A stretch of DNA of 63,200 bases from Bacilli bacterium (GTDB lineage Bacteria; Bacillota_I; Bacilli_A; RF39; UBA660), in NCBI GenBank assembly GCA_007117415.1, contig SKGN01000004.1:1-63200 (forward strand). The letters are read 5' to 3'. The notes beneath the pieces are model-generated. The model searched no databases and had not been told where the DNA came from. It worked only from the letters and a program-made list of their open reading frames with translations. This document shows positions 55,796-63,200 of this stretch, one piece after another. A program made the translations under genes and the position numbers. The stretch's first letter is position 1; each line of letters begins with the position of its first letter.

Positions 55796-57223
55796 ATGAA
55801 AGAAATTAGAACAAGATTTGCTCCTAGTCCTACTGGGTTTATGCACATTGGTGGTGTTAGAACCGCTCTATTTTCGTATTTAATAGCGAAACATAATAAT
55901 GGCTCTTTTATTTTAAGAATAGAAGATACTGATCAAACTAGATATGTTGAAGGCTCTATTGAGGTAATTTATAATACGTTGAGGGATTTAGGTTTAAACT
56001 GGGATGAAGGTCCTGATATAGGAGGAAAATATGGACCTTATGTTCAAAGTGAACGCAAAAACAATTATTTAAAGTATGCACAACAATTAATAGATGAAGG
56101 TCAAGCTTATTATTGTTTTTGCAATGAAGATAGACTAGAAGATTTAAAAAAAATTGCTAACAATAAGAAAATTCCTTATAAATATGATGGTAAATGTAGA
56201 GAATTAAATATTAATGAAGTTCAAAAAAGAATTGAAGAAGGCGAAAAATATGTAATTAGATTTCAAATGCCTAGAACCGGAAAAACTATTTTTGATGATA
56301 AAGTATATGGGAAAATAACCGTACATAATATTGAGTTAGAAGATTTAATTATTATTAAATCTGATTTAATGCCCACTTATAATTTTGCCAATATCATAGA
56401 TGATCATGAAATGGACATTACTCATATTGTTAGAGGAAATGAATTTGTTTCTTCAACCCCTAAGTATGTTTTAATATATCAAGCTTTTGGTTGGAATATT
56501 CCAGAATTCATTCATCTTCCAGTTATAAAAAAAGAAAAAGATTCGGATAAAAAATTAAGCAAAAGAGATGGTGACGCTACGGTAGAGATTTTAAAGGAAA
56601 AAGGTTATTTAAACGAATCTATTATTAATATGTTAGCGCTAACGGGTTGGAGTCCGGGTAATGAAAAAGAGATTTTCAGTTTAAACGAATTAATCGAAGT
56701 GTTTGATATTAGCGGAATAAGCAAAGGTAACGCTATTTTTGATGTTGATAAACTAAACTGGTTTAATAATAATTATATTAGAAAATTATCTATAAAAGAA
56801 TTATGTCAATTAACTATTCCTTATTTACAAAAGAGTTATGATTTAACTGAAAAGTCCTCTTTGTGGCTTGAAAAATTAGTTAGTATTTATCAAGAACAAT
56901 TATCATATGGTGCCGAAATAATAGAATTAACTAAATTGTTTTTTGAAGAAGAATTAGAATATGATAAAGAAGCCTTAGATTATTTGCAAACAATAGATAC
57001 AAAAGCAGTCATTTCTACGTTAAAAGAGGAAATAATAAAAATTAATGATTGGAATGAAGAAAATATTGTTAAAGCTATAAATAACATTAAGGAAAAAACA
57101 GGTATTAAAGGTAAGCCATTATTTATGCCCATTAGGATATGTGTTTCCGGGAAGATGCATGGTCCAGAATTACCAATGACTATATTTTTACTAGGCAAGG
57201 AAAAATTAATAAAGCGATTATAA
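55796..57223 (+). CDS. gltX: Glutamate--tRNA ligase
   Basis: HIGG (FMHIGGVRTALF) and KLSKR class I motifs. Confidence 0.95.
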   Translation: MKEIRTRFAPSPTGFMHIGGVRTALFSYLIAKHNNGSFILRIEDTDQTRYVEGSIEVIYNTLRDLGLNWDEGPDIGGKYGPYVQSERKNNYLKYAQQLIDEGQAYYCFCNEDRLEDLKKIANNKKIPYKYDGKCRELNINEVQKRIEEGEKYVIRFQMPRTGKTIFDDKVYGKITVHNIELEDLIIIKSDLMPTYNFANIIDDHEMDITHIVRGNEFVSSTPKYVLIYQAFGWNIPEFIHLPVIKKEKDSDKKLSKRDGDATVEILKEKGYLNESIINMLALTGWSPGNEKEIFSLNELIEVFDISGISKGNAIFDVDKLNWFNNNYIRKLSIKELCQLTIPYLQKSYDLTEKSSLWLEKLVSIYQEQLSYGAEIIELTKLFFEEELEYDKEALDYLQTIDTKAVISTLKEEIIKINDWNEENIVKAINNIKEKTGIKGKPLFMPIRICVSGKMHGPELPMTIFLLGKEKLIKRL

Positions 57224-57251
57224 ATAAGTGTTTAGGCTATCGGAGGGAATA

Positions 57252-58127
57252 ATGATTAATATTGAACAAATAATTAATAATATTAATATTGATGAAAATG
57301 TAATTAAATTGGCTGAAGAGCTGGAAAAGGAATATCTTAACTATGTTTGTTTATTAGAAAGTTATGATCAAAAGTTTGTAAAAAAATTTTTAAATACATA
57401 TAAAAAACAGGAAAATATAGCTAGCCAAGAAATGGAAGGCGTATCTAATTTAGAAGCTTTATTTGTTGAAGATTTAGAAGCAAAAAGTACCGCGCTAGAT
57501 TATGTTATAAACATTTTAAAGAGAAAAGAAGAAATAACGCAAGAAGAATTTAAAAAAATTCATGGCATTTTAATGAAAAATGATCAAAGAGAGTATATAA
57601 AAAAAGGAGAGTTTAGAAATAAATCGGCTGAAGTAGGCTCTTTTGTTGATGGGAAGCCAATTATTTATTATGTTGCTCCAAATTATGAATATGTTCCAGA
57701 ATTAATAAAGGGTGTTTTGGATTATTGTAACAATGATGATGATAGAGGAGAAATTAACCATCCTTTTATAAAAGCTGCTATTATTCATGCTTTGGTATTA
57801 CACGTTCAACCTTTTCAAGATGGTAATTCCCGCATGGGAAGGTTGTTACATCATTCTAAGTTATGGGTTGAATGTAATAAAAGATGGAATATAAATATGT
57901 ATCAGCCAATATTATTTTTTTCAAATAATTACTATTTTGATAGAGGTGGGTATCGTGGTAAAATTTTAAATATAGATAGAAATCTTAGTTCATCTGCCGC
58001 TTGGAATAAATGGTTTAATTATAACTTGGTAATTATGAGTGAGGTTTTTAGTAATATTATAGATGCTGTTCAAGAACTAAGTAATGTTTATTCTCGTTTT
58101 AATGAATGTAGCGAAAAAACTAAGTAG
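57252..58127 (+). CDS. Fic-domain protein with a degenerate active-site motif and an N-terminal inhibitory-helix motif
   Basis: LHVQPFQDGNSRMGRLL compared with canonical HPFx(D/E)GNGRxxR. SQEMEG fits (S/T)xxxE(G/N). Start trimmed to ATG 57252 (SD GGAGGG). Confidence 0.7.
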   Translation: MINIEQIINNINIDENVIKLAEELEKEYLNYVCLLESYDQKFVKKFLNTYKKQENIASQEMEGVSNLEALFVEDLEAKSTALDYVINILKRKEEITQEEFKKIHGILMKNDQREYIKKGEFRNKSAEVGSFVDGKPIIYYVAPNYEYVPELIKGVLDYCNNDDDRGEINHPFIKAAIIHALVLHVQPFQDGNSRMGRLLHHSKLWVECNKRWNINMYQPILFFSNNYYFDRGGYRGKILNIDRNLSSSAAWNKWFNYNLVIMSEVFSNIIDAVQELSNVYSRFNECSEKTK

Positions 58128-58180
58128 TTTGTTTTATTTATCCAAACTTAATAGTATATTATAATATAAGGAGTGTTATC

Positions 58181-59581
58181 ATGAATCTATATAATACCTT
58201 GACCAAAAAAGTAGAAAAATTTGTTCCTCGCAATCAAAACGATGTAAAAATGTATACATGCGGACCAACAGTGTATAATTATGCTCATATTGGTAATTTA
58301 AGAACCTATATTTTTGAAGATATATTAGAAAAAACACTTAAATATGTTGGTTATAACGTTACAAGAGTTATGAATATCACTGATGTAGGGCACCTTACTT
58401 CTGATGCTGATACGGGTGAAGATAAAATGTTGTTAGGCGCCAAAAGAGAAGGTAAAACAATTTATGAAATTGCGGAATTTTATACCGATGCTTTTTTTAA
58501 AGATACTGAAAAACTAAATATATCCAAGCCTAATATAATTGAAAAAGCAACTGATAATATTAAGCAATATATTGAAATGATTGAAAAATTATTAGAAAAA
58601 GGATATGCATATGCTGCTGGAGGTAATATTTACTTTGATATAACCAAATATAAAGACTATTATCTTTTGTCCGGAAAAAAAGAAAAAGATTTAATTATAG
58701 GCGCTCGTCATGAGGTGGAAGAAGATAGAAACAAACGCAATCCATTTGATTTTGTTTTGTGGTTTACAAAATCAAAATATGAAAAACAAGAAATGAAGTG
58801 GGACTCTCCGTGGGGAGTTGGTTATCCAGGTTGGCATATTGAGTGTGCAGGAATTAGCATCAAAAATATGGGAAATTTTTTGGATATACATTGTGGCGGA
58901 GTTGATAATATCTTTCCTCATCATACCAACGAAATTGCCCAAGCAGAAGCTTACTTAGGACATAAATGGTGTAATTATTGGTTACATGCTGAACATTTAA
59001 ATGTTCAGTTTGGTAAAATGAGTAAATCAAAAGGTGAATTTTTAACATTATCGTTATTAGAAGAAAAAGGGTATAATCCACTTGTCTATCGTTTTTTTTG
59101 CTTACAATCTCATTATCGTAATCAACTTGAGTTTACATATGAATCGCTTGATACAGCGTTAAAAGGCTATGTTAAATTAAAAAGTAAAGTAAAAGCGCTG
59201 AAGGATGACGGCGTGTCATTAACTGAAAATAAAATCGATCAATATAAAGAAATGTTTACCAAAGCATTAGAAGATGATTTAAATACCGCTAACGCTATAA
59301 CTTGCTTGTTTGAGGTTTTAAAGGATGAGGAAATGCTTAATAGTGATAAATTATATTTAATTAGAGATTTTGAAAAAGTATTATCATTAGGATTGTTTGA
59401 CATTGAAGAAGAGATGACAAGTGAAGAAAAAAAAGCGATTGAAAAATTTATTGATGATAGAAGTGAGGCCAAAAAAAATAAAGATTATCAAAAAGCAGAC
59501 GAAATAAGAGAAGTTTTAAAAAGTAAAGGAATATTAATTAAAGATAATAAGGAAGGAACCACTTGGGAATTAATAAAATAA
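58181..59581 (+). CDS. cysS: Cysteine--tRNA ligase
   Basis: AHIGNLRTY (HIGH) and KMSKSKG. Confidence 0.95.
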   Translation: MNLYNTLTKKVEKFVPRNQNDVKMYTCGPTVYNYAHIGNLRTYIFEDILEKTLKYVGYNVTRVMNITDVGHLTSDADTGEDKMLLGAKREGKTIYEIAEFYTDAFFKDTEKLNISKPNIIEKATDNIKQYIEMIEKLLEKGYAYAAGGNIYFDITKYKDYYLLSGKKEKDLIIGARHEVEEDRNKRNPFDFVLWFTKSKYEKQEMKWDSPWGVGYPGWHIECAGISIKNMGNFLDIHCGGVDNIFPHHTNEIAQAEAYLGHKWCNYWLHAEHLNVQFGKMSKSKGEFLTLSLLEEKGYNPLVYRFFCLQSHYRNQLEFTYESLDTALKGYVKLKSKVKALKDDGVSLTENKIDQYKEMFTKALEDDLNTANAITCLFEVLKDEEMLNSDKLYLIRDFEKVLSLGLFDIEEEMTSEEKKAIEKFIDDRSEAKKNKDYQKADEIREVLKSKGILIKDNKEGTTWELIK

Positions 59582-59593
59582 GGAGGAATTTAT

Positions 59594-60259
59594 ATGTATT
59601 TAAGTTTATTCATTATTCCGTTAATTATTGTTATAGGTGCTCAGGCATTAGTTAAAGGAGCTTATAATAAATATAAAATGATAGAAAGCAAACAAGGAAA
59701 AACTGGTTTTGAAGTGGCTAGAAAAATATTAGATAAAAACAATCTAAAAGATATACATATTGTTGAAACGAAAGGTTTGATGTCTGACCATTATGATCCA
59801 AAAAGGAAAGTAATTAGATTATCAAGCGAGGTTTTTCATAAAAATAGTATTGCTTCAATTTCAATAGCGGCTCATGAATGTGGTCACGCTATTCAGCATA
59901 AAAATAATTACCCTTTTATAAAAATAAGAAATATTTTAGTGCCGTTTGTCAATTTTACTTCTAAAATCGGTTATGTTATTTTATTTATAGGTTTTTTTGC
60001 TTCTCTTCTGGATATAGCTTTTATAGGGTTAATACTATTATCAACGACGTTATTATTTCAATTAATAACTTTACCTGTTGAATTTGATGCTTCTAAAAGA
60101 GCCAAAGCTATTTTAATTAAAGGCCAGTTTATTATTAAAGAAGAAGAGATTAAAGTAAAAAGTATGTTAAATGCAGCTGCCATGACATATGTAGCGGCTT
60201 TAATAGCCAACCTTTTAGAAATACTAAGATTATTTTTAATGCTTACGAGAAACAGATAA
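59594..60259 (+). CDS. Membrane zinc metallopeptidase (YugP-like, Zn_peptidase_2)
   Basis: HECGHAIQH motif; TMs at both ends. Confidence 0.75.
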   Translation: MYLSLFIIPLIIVIGAQALVKGAYNKYKMIESKQGKTGFEVARKILDKNNLKDIHIVETKGLMSDHYDPKRKVIRLSSEVFHKNSIASISIAAHECGHAIQHKNNYPFIKIRNILVPFVNFTSKIGYVILFIGFFASLLDIAFIGLILLSTTLLFQLITLPVEFDASKRAKAILIKGQFIIKEEEIKVKSMLNAAAMTYVAALIANLLEILRLFLMLTRNR

Positions 60260-60358
60260 GGATATCGATTGATATCTTTTTTTTAGGGTTTTTAAAGGGG
60301 TATCGTTATTTACATATAGTATGATTGATGTTATAATTTTTATAGTGGAGGAATAAAA

Positions 60359-61513
60359 ATGAAAGAGCCGTTTGAAAGGGAAAAAATTGATTTCCAGAAT
60401 ATAAATCAGGTCCTTAAATTAAGTAGTAATATATTGAAAATAACCTTTATCTTTCTGGTAATAGTAGGCATATATACAATTACAATGATAATAAAAGAAT
60501 GGAATATTTTAAATTTCATTCTAACTATATTAAAAATATTATCCCCAGTATTTATAGGTCTCTTTATTGCGTGGTTTTTACATCCGTTTGTTGAATTTTT
60601 AAATAAAAAGGGATTAAGTAAAATTTTTGCAACCATTTTTGTTTATATAATTATGTTAACAATTGTTTATTTTACAATTGCTAATTTTATCCCCATCTTA
60701 ATTAATCAAATAAATGCTTTTCTTAATATTCTTCCTATTATATTAGAATCAATAACGATTTCGTTTGAGCGTTTCTTTGCTCACTTTGAGACAATTACGA
60801 TTGTTAATATTGAAGAAATAAAGATAAATACAGTTGAATATACCAATAACTTCATCACTTCTTTAACTACTGATATACCAGAAATGACCATTAATTTTGC
60901 TGGTGGCTTTTTGTCGTTTGCTGGGATATTTTTATTGGGATTTGTTATAGGTTTTTACTTATTGTTTGATTTTAGAAATATAGGTAAGCGATGTTTGTTC
61001 TTGTTTCCTCAAAGGATAAGAACAGATATAAAAAGTTTTTTTACTGAAACTAATATATCGCTATTAGCTTATATAAAAGGAACCCTATTAATATCTCTTA
61101 TTATATTTATATCTAGCGCTATTGCGCTTTCCATCATAGGAGTAGAAGCAGCTCTTTTGCTAGCGCTAATAATTGGTATAGCTGATATAATTCCTTATAT
61201 AGGACCTTATATAGGAGCCTTACCGGCTGTTTTAGTGGCTTTTACTCACAGTATAACCGCCGGTATTCTAACTATAATAGCGTTATTTTTTATTCAAACA
61301 ATTGAGGGTAATTTTGTTCAACCTTTGATAATGAGCAGAACAATGAAATTACATCCTGTAAATATAATTGTAGGAATATTAGTTTTCGGGTATTTTTTTG
61401 GTATTATTGGTATGATCATTGCGACACCTTTAGTTGCTATAATTAAAATATTATTAATTTATATAAATAGAAAATTTCAAATATTTGAAATCAATAAAAA
61501 AAATATTAATTAA
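60359..61513 (+). CDS. AI-2E family transporter (PerM/YrrI-like)
   Basis: Multi-TM, with IPYIGPYIGALP and GNFVQPLIMS blocks. B. subtilis yrrI is also alaS-proximal. Confidence 0.75.
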   Translation: MKEPFEREKIDFQNINQVLKLSSNILKITFIFLVIVGIYTITMIIKEWNILNFILTILKILSPVFIGLFIAWFLHPFVEFLNKKGLSKIFATIFVYIIMLTIVYFTIANFIPILINQINAFLNILPIILESITISFERFFAHFETITIVNIEEIKINTVEYTNNFITSLTTDIPEMTINFAGGFLSFAGIFLLGFVIGFYLLFDFRNIGKRCLFLFPQRIRTDIKSFFTETNISLLAYIKGTLLISLIIFISSAIALSIIGVEAALLLALIIGIADIIPYIGPYIGALPAVLVAFTHSITAGILTIIALFFIQTIEGNFVQPLIMSRTMKLHPVNIIVGILVFGYFFGIIGMIIATPLVAIIKILLIYINRKFQIFEINKKNIN

Positions 61514-61529
61514 TTACAGGGAGGCTGCT

Positions 61530-62096
61530 ATGGAATTGATTTATAAAAATCCTTTAATATATATGATTGCCGGTAAAGCGCAGCATGGAAAAACAACAAC
61601 TTCTAAAATAATAATTGAAGAATACAAAAAAAGAGGCAAAAAAGTTGCTCGTTTATATCATGCTAAATACATTAAAGATTATGCCATGGATTATTTTGAT
61701 TGGGATGGTAGAGAAAAAACTAAGCCAAGAGAATTGTTGCTAAACATAGGAACAGAACTAATTAGAAAAAAATTAGGTAAAGAATATTTTTTTATTAATC
61801 GAATAACTGAAGATATAGAAATATTATCTTATTTTTTTGATATAATTGTAATAGATGATGCACGATTAAAAATTGAAATTGAGGCTCAAAGAAAAAACTT
61901 TGAAAAAACAATCACAATTAATATAAAAAGAAAAAACTTTGATAATAAACTTACTGAAGAGCAAAAGAATCATCTTACTGAGATTGATTTGGATGATTAT
62001 GAACAATTTGATTATATAATTATCAATGATGCCGGGATAGAAGATTTAAGAGAAAAAATAAGTAAAATAATCAAGGAGAATGAAGATGTTGAATAG
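61530..62096 (+). CDS. P-loop NTPase, deoxynucleotide-monophosphate-kinase-like (putative)
   Basis: Walker [11 protein letters not shown], Walker B-like IIVIDDAR. Start trimmed to ATG 61530 (SD GGGAGG). Overlaps the alaS start by 11 nt. Confidence 0.45.
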   Translation: MELIYKNPLIYMIAGKAQHGKTTTSKIIIEEYKKRGKKVARLYHAKYIKDYAMDYFDWDGREKTKPRELLLNIGTELIRKKLGKEYFFINRITEDIEILSYFFDIIVIDDARLKIEIEAQRKNFEKTITINIKRKNFDNKLTEEQKNHLTEIDLDDYEQFDYIIINDAGIEDLREKISKIIKENEDVE

Positions 62097-63200
62097 TAAT
62101 GAAATAAGAAAGAAATTTATTACTTTTTTCGAGGAAAAAGGTCATAAGGTAATGAAGAGTGCTTCGTTAGTCCCTGATAATGATCCCACTTTATTATGGG
62201 TTAACGCTGGAATAACACCTTTAAAAAAGTATTTTGATGGCAGTGAGATTCCAAATAACAGAAGGATTGTGTCGGTTCAAAAATGTATTAGAACTAATGA
62301 TATTGAGAATGTCGGAAAAACAGCAAGACATCACACTTTCTTTGAAATGTTGGGAAATTTTTCGATTGGTGATTATTTTAAAGAAGAGGCTATTAATTAT
62401 GCATATGAATTATTATTTAGTAATAATTATTTTGGATTTAAAAAAGAAAAAATATTTGTCACCGTTTATTCAAACGATGAAGAAACTTATAACATTTGGA
62501 AAAATAAAGGCATTGATGTTTCTCATATAATAAAGTTAGAAAATAATTATTGGGAAATAGGTGAAGGACCATGTGGGCCCGATACAGAAATATTTTATGA
62601 CCGAGGTCAAGAATATGACCCTGATAACCAAGGAATTAAATTATTACAACAAGAAATAGAAAATGATCGTTATATTGAAATATGGAATAATGTATTTAGT
62701 CAATTTAATGCTAAAATAGGCAAAAAAAGAGAAGAATACAAAGAATTACCAAGTAAGAATATTGATACAGGCATGGGATTAGAGCGTATGGCGTGTATTA
62801 TTCAGGGGACGTCTACTAATTTTGAAACAGATTTATTTCTTCCTATAATAAAAAAAATAGCAGAATTAAGTAATAAAAAATATAATGGCGATATGTCTTT
62901 TAAAGTGATTGCTGATCATATCAGGGCTATTACTTTCGCTCTTAATGATGGGGCCTTTTTTTCTAATGAAGGAAGAGGTTATGTTTTAAGAAGGCTTCTT
63001 AGAAGAGGGGTTCGTTATGGAAAAAAATTAGGGATAAAAAAACCTTTTATGTATGAATTGGTAGATTCAGTAATAGCTATAATGAAAGAAGCTTATCCAG
63101 AATTAAATAACAATAATGAATTAATTAAAGATTTAATAATAAAAGAAGAAAAGTTATTTCACAAAACGTTATCAAGTGGCGAAAAAAAATTAAATGAGTT
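62086..63200 (+). CDS. alaS: Alanine--tRNA ligase, N-terminal part (continues past the window end; absent from the ORF track)
   Basis: Hand translation from ATG 62086 stays open to 63200. It contains [50 protein letters not shown] and [15 protein letters not shown]. Confidence 0.9.
   Translation, partial: MLNSNEIRKKFITFFEEKGHKVMKSASLVPDNDPTLLWVNAGITPLKKYFDGSEIPNNRRIVSVQKCIRTNDIENVGKTARHHTFFEMLGNFSIGDYFKEEAINYAYELLFSNNYFGFKKEKIFVTVYSNDEETYNIWKNKGIDVSHIIKLENNYWEIGEGPCGPDTEIFYDRGQEYDPDNQGIKLLQQEIENDRYIEIWNNVFSQFNAKIGKKREEYKELPSKNIDTGMGLERMACIIQGTSTNFETDLFLPIIKKIAELSNKKYNGDMSFKVIADHIRAITFALNDGAFFSNEGRGYVLRRLLRRGVRYGKKLGIKKPFMYELVDSVIAIMKEAYPELNNNNELIKDLIIKEEKLFHKTLSSGEKKLNE

Noticed and set aside
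62234-62530. Listed 98-aa ORF near the window end.
   Set aside because: It is an out-of-frame overlap inside alaS. Hand translation of the alaS frame from 62086 gives canonical AlaRS motifs and stays open to the window end.
1-63200. Mollicutes-type genetic code (UGA = Trp), suggested by the extreme AT richness.
   Set aside because: An RF2 gene with a UGA-dependent frameshift is present, UGA terminates several conserved genes at their expected ends, and peptidoglycan genes (murD) are present.
1-63200. CRISPR arrays, prophage or integrative island, restriction-modification or other recognisable defence modules.
   Set aside because: I saw no regularly spaced direct repeats. There are no integrase, recombinase, terminase or capsid-like ORFs, and no nuclease/ATPase pair of unknown function. 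The only mobile element is the single IS3 copy. HelD, UvrAB and ClpC are housekeeping ATPases.

Overview
By eye this window is about 70% A+T. It looks like a chromosomal core segment of a low-GC, probably spore-forming Bacillota (Firmicutes)-type bacterium. The genetic code is 11, not the Mollicutes code 4: an RF2 gene carries the classic UGA-programmed +1 frameshift, and UGA terminates several genes. About 55 tightly packed genes, mostly on the + strand, are recognisable from their motifs. In order they are: secA (3' end), prfB, 2x YitT, ftsEX, uvrBA, tilS, ftsH, one IS3-family insertion, a SodC-like gene, an MscS-like gene, a three-gene HgdC-type activase/DUF2229-like cluster plus TetR, lemA, gerQ, pduL, dusB, lysS, a YfcC-like gene, a PlsC-like gene, murD, eno, lgt, trxB, yvcK, whiA, soj/spo0J, DUF951, abgT, ychF, rpsF-ssb-rpsR, a DHH phosphoesterase, rplI, dnaB, a YycJ-like gene, rlmH, tRNA-His, an ATP-grasp/aspartate-racemase fusion, a methyltransferase, helD, a pgsA-like gene, a clpC-like gene, gltX, a degenerate Fic gene, cysS, a YugP-like gene, an AI-2E transporter, a P-loop kinase-like gene and alaS (5' part). 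I found no CRISPR array, prophage, integrase or recognisable defence island. Six places deserve a second look. (1) The last 6 nt of tRNA-His plus its terminator recur twice downstream and frame two tiny orphan cassettes next to an ORF-free ~250-nt stretch. (2) The IS3 element sits exactly at the dyad centre of a long palindrome that supplies identical IKRL-stop ends to both convergent neighbours. (3) A perfect 36-bp palindrome lies between the divergent sodC-like and mscS-like genes. (4) A single ORF fuses a D-aspartate-ligase-like ATP-grasp domain to an aspartate racemase. (5) A Fic protein with Gln in place of the catalytic His sits where cysE normally lies. (6) The activase/DUF2229-like trio with TetR has no known substrate. 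All calls come from reading the sequence and from motif memory; no database search was run.
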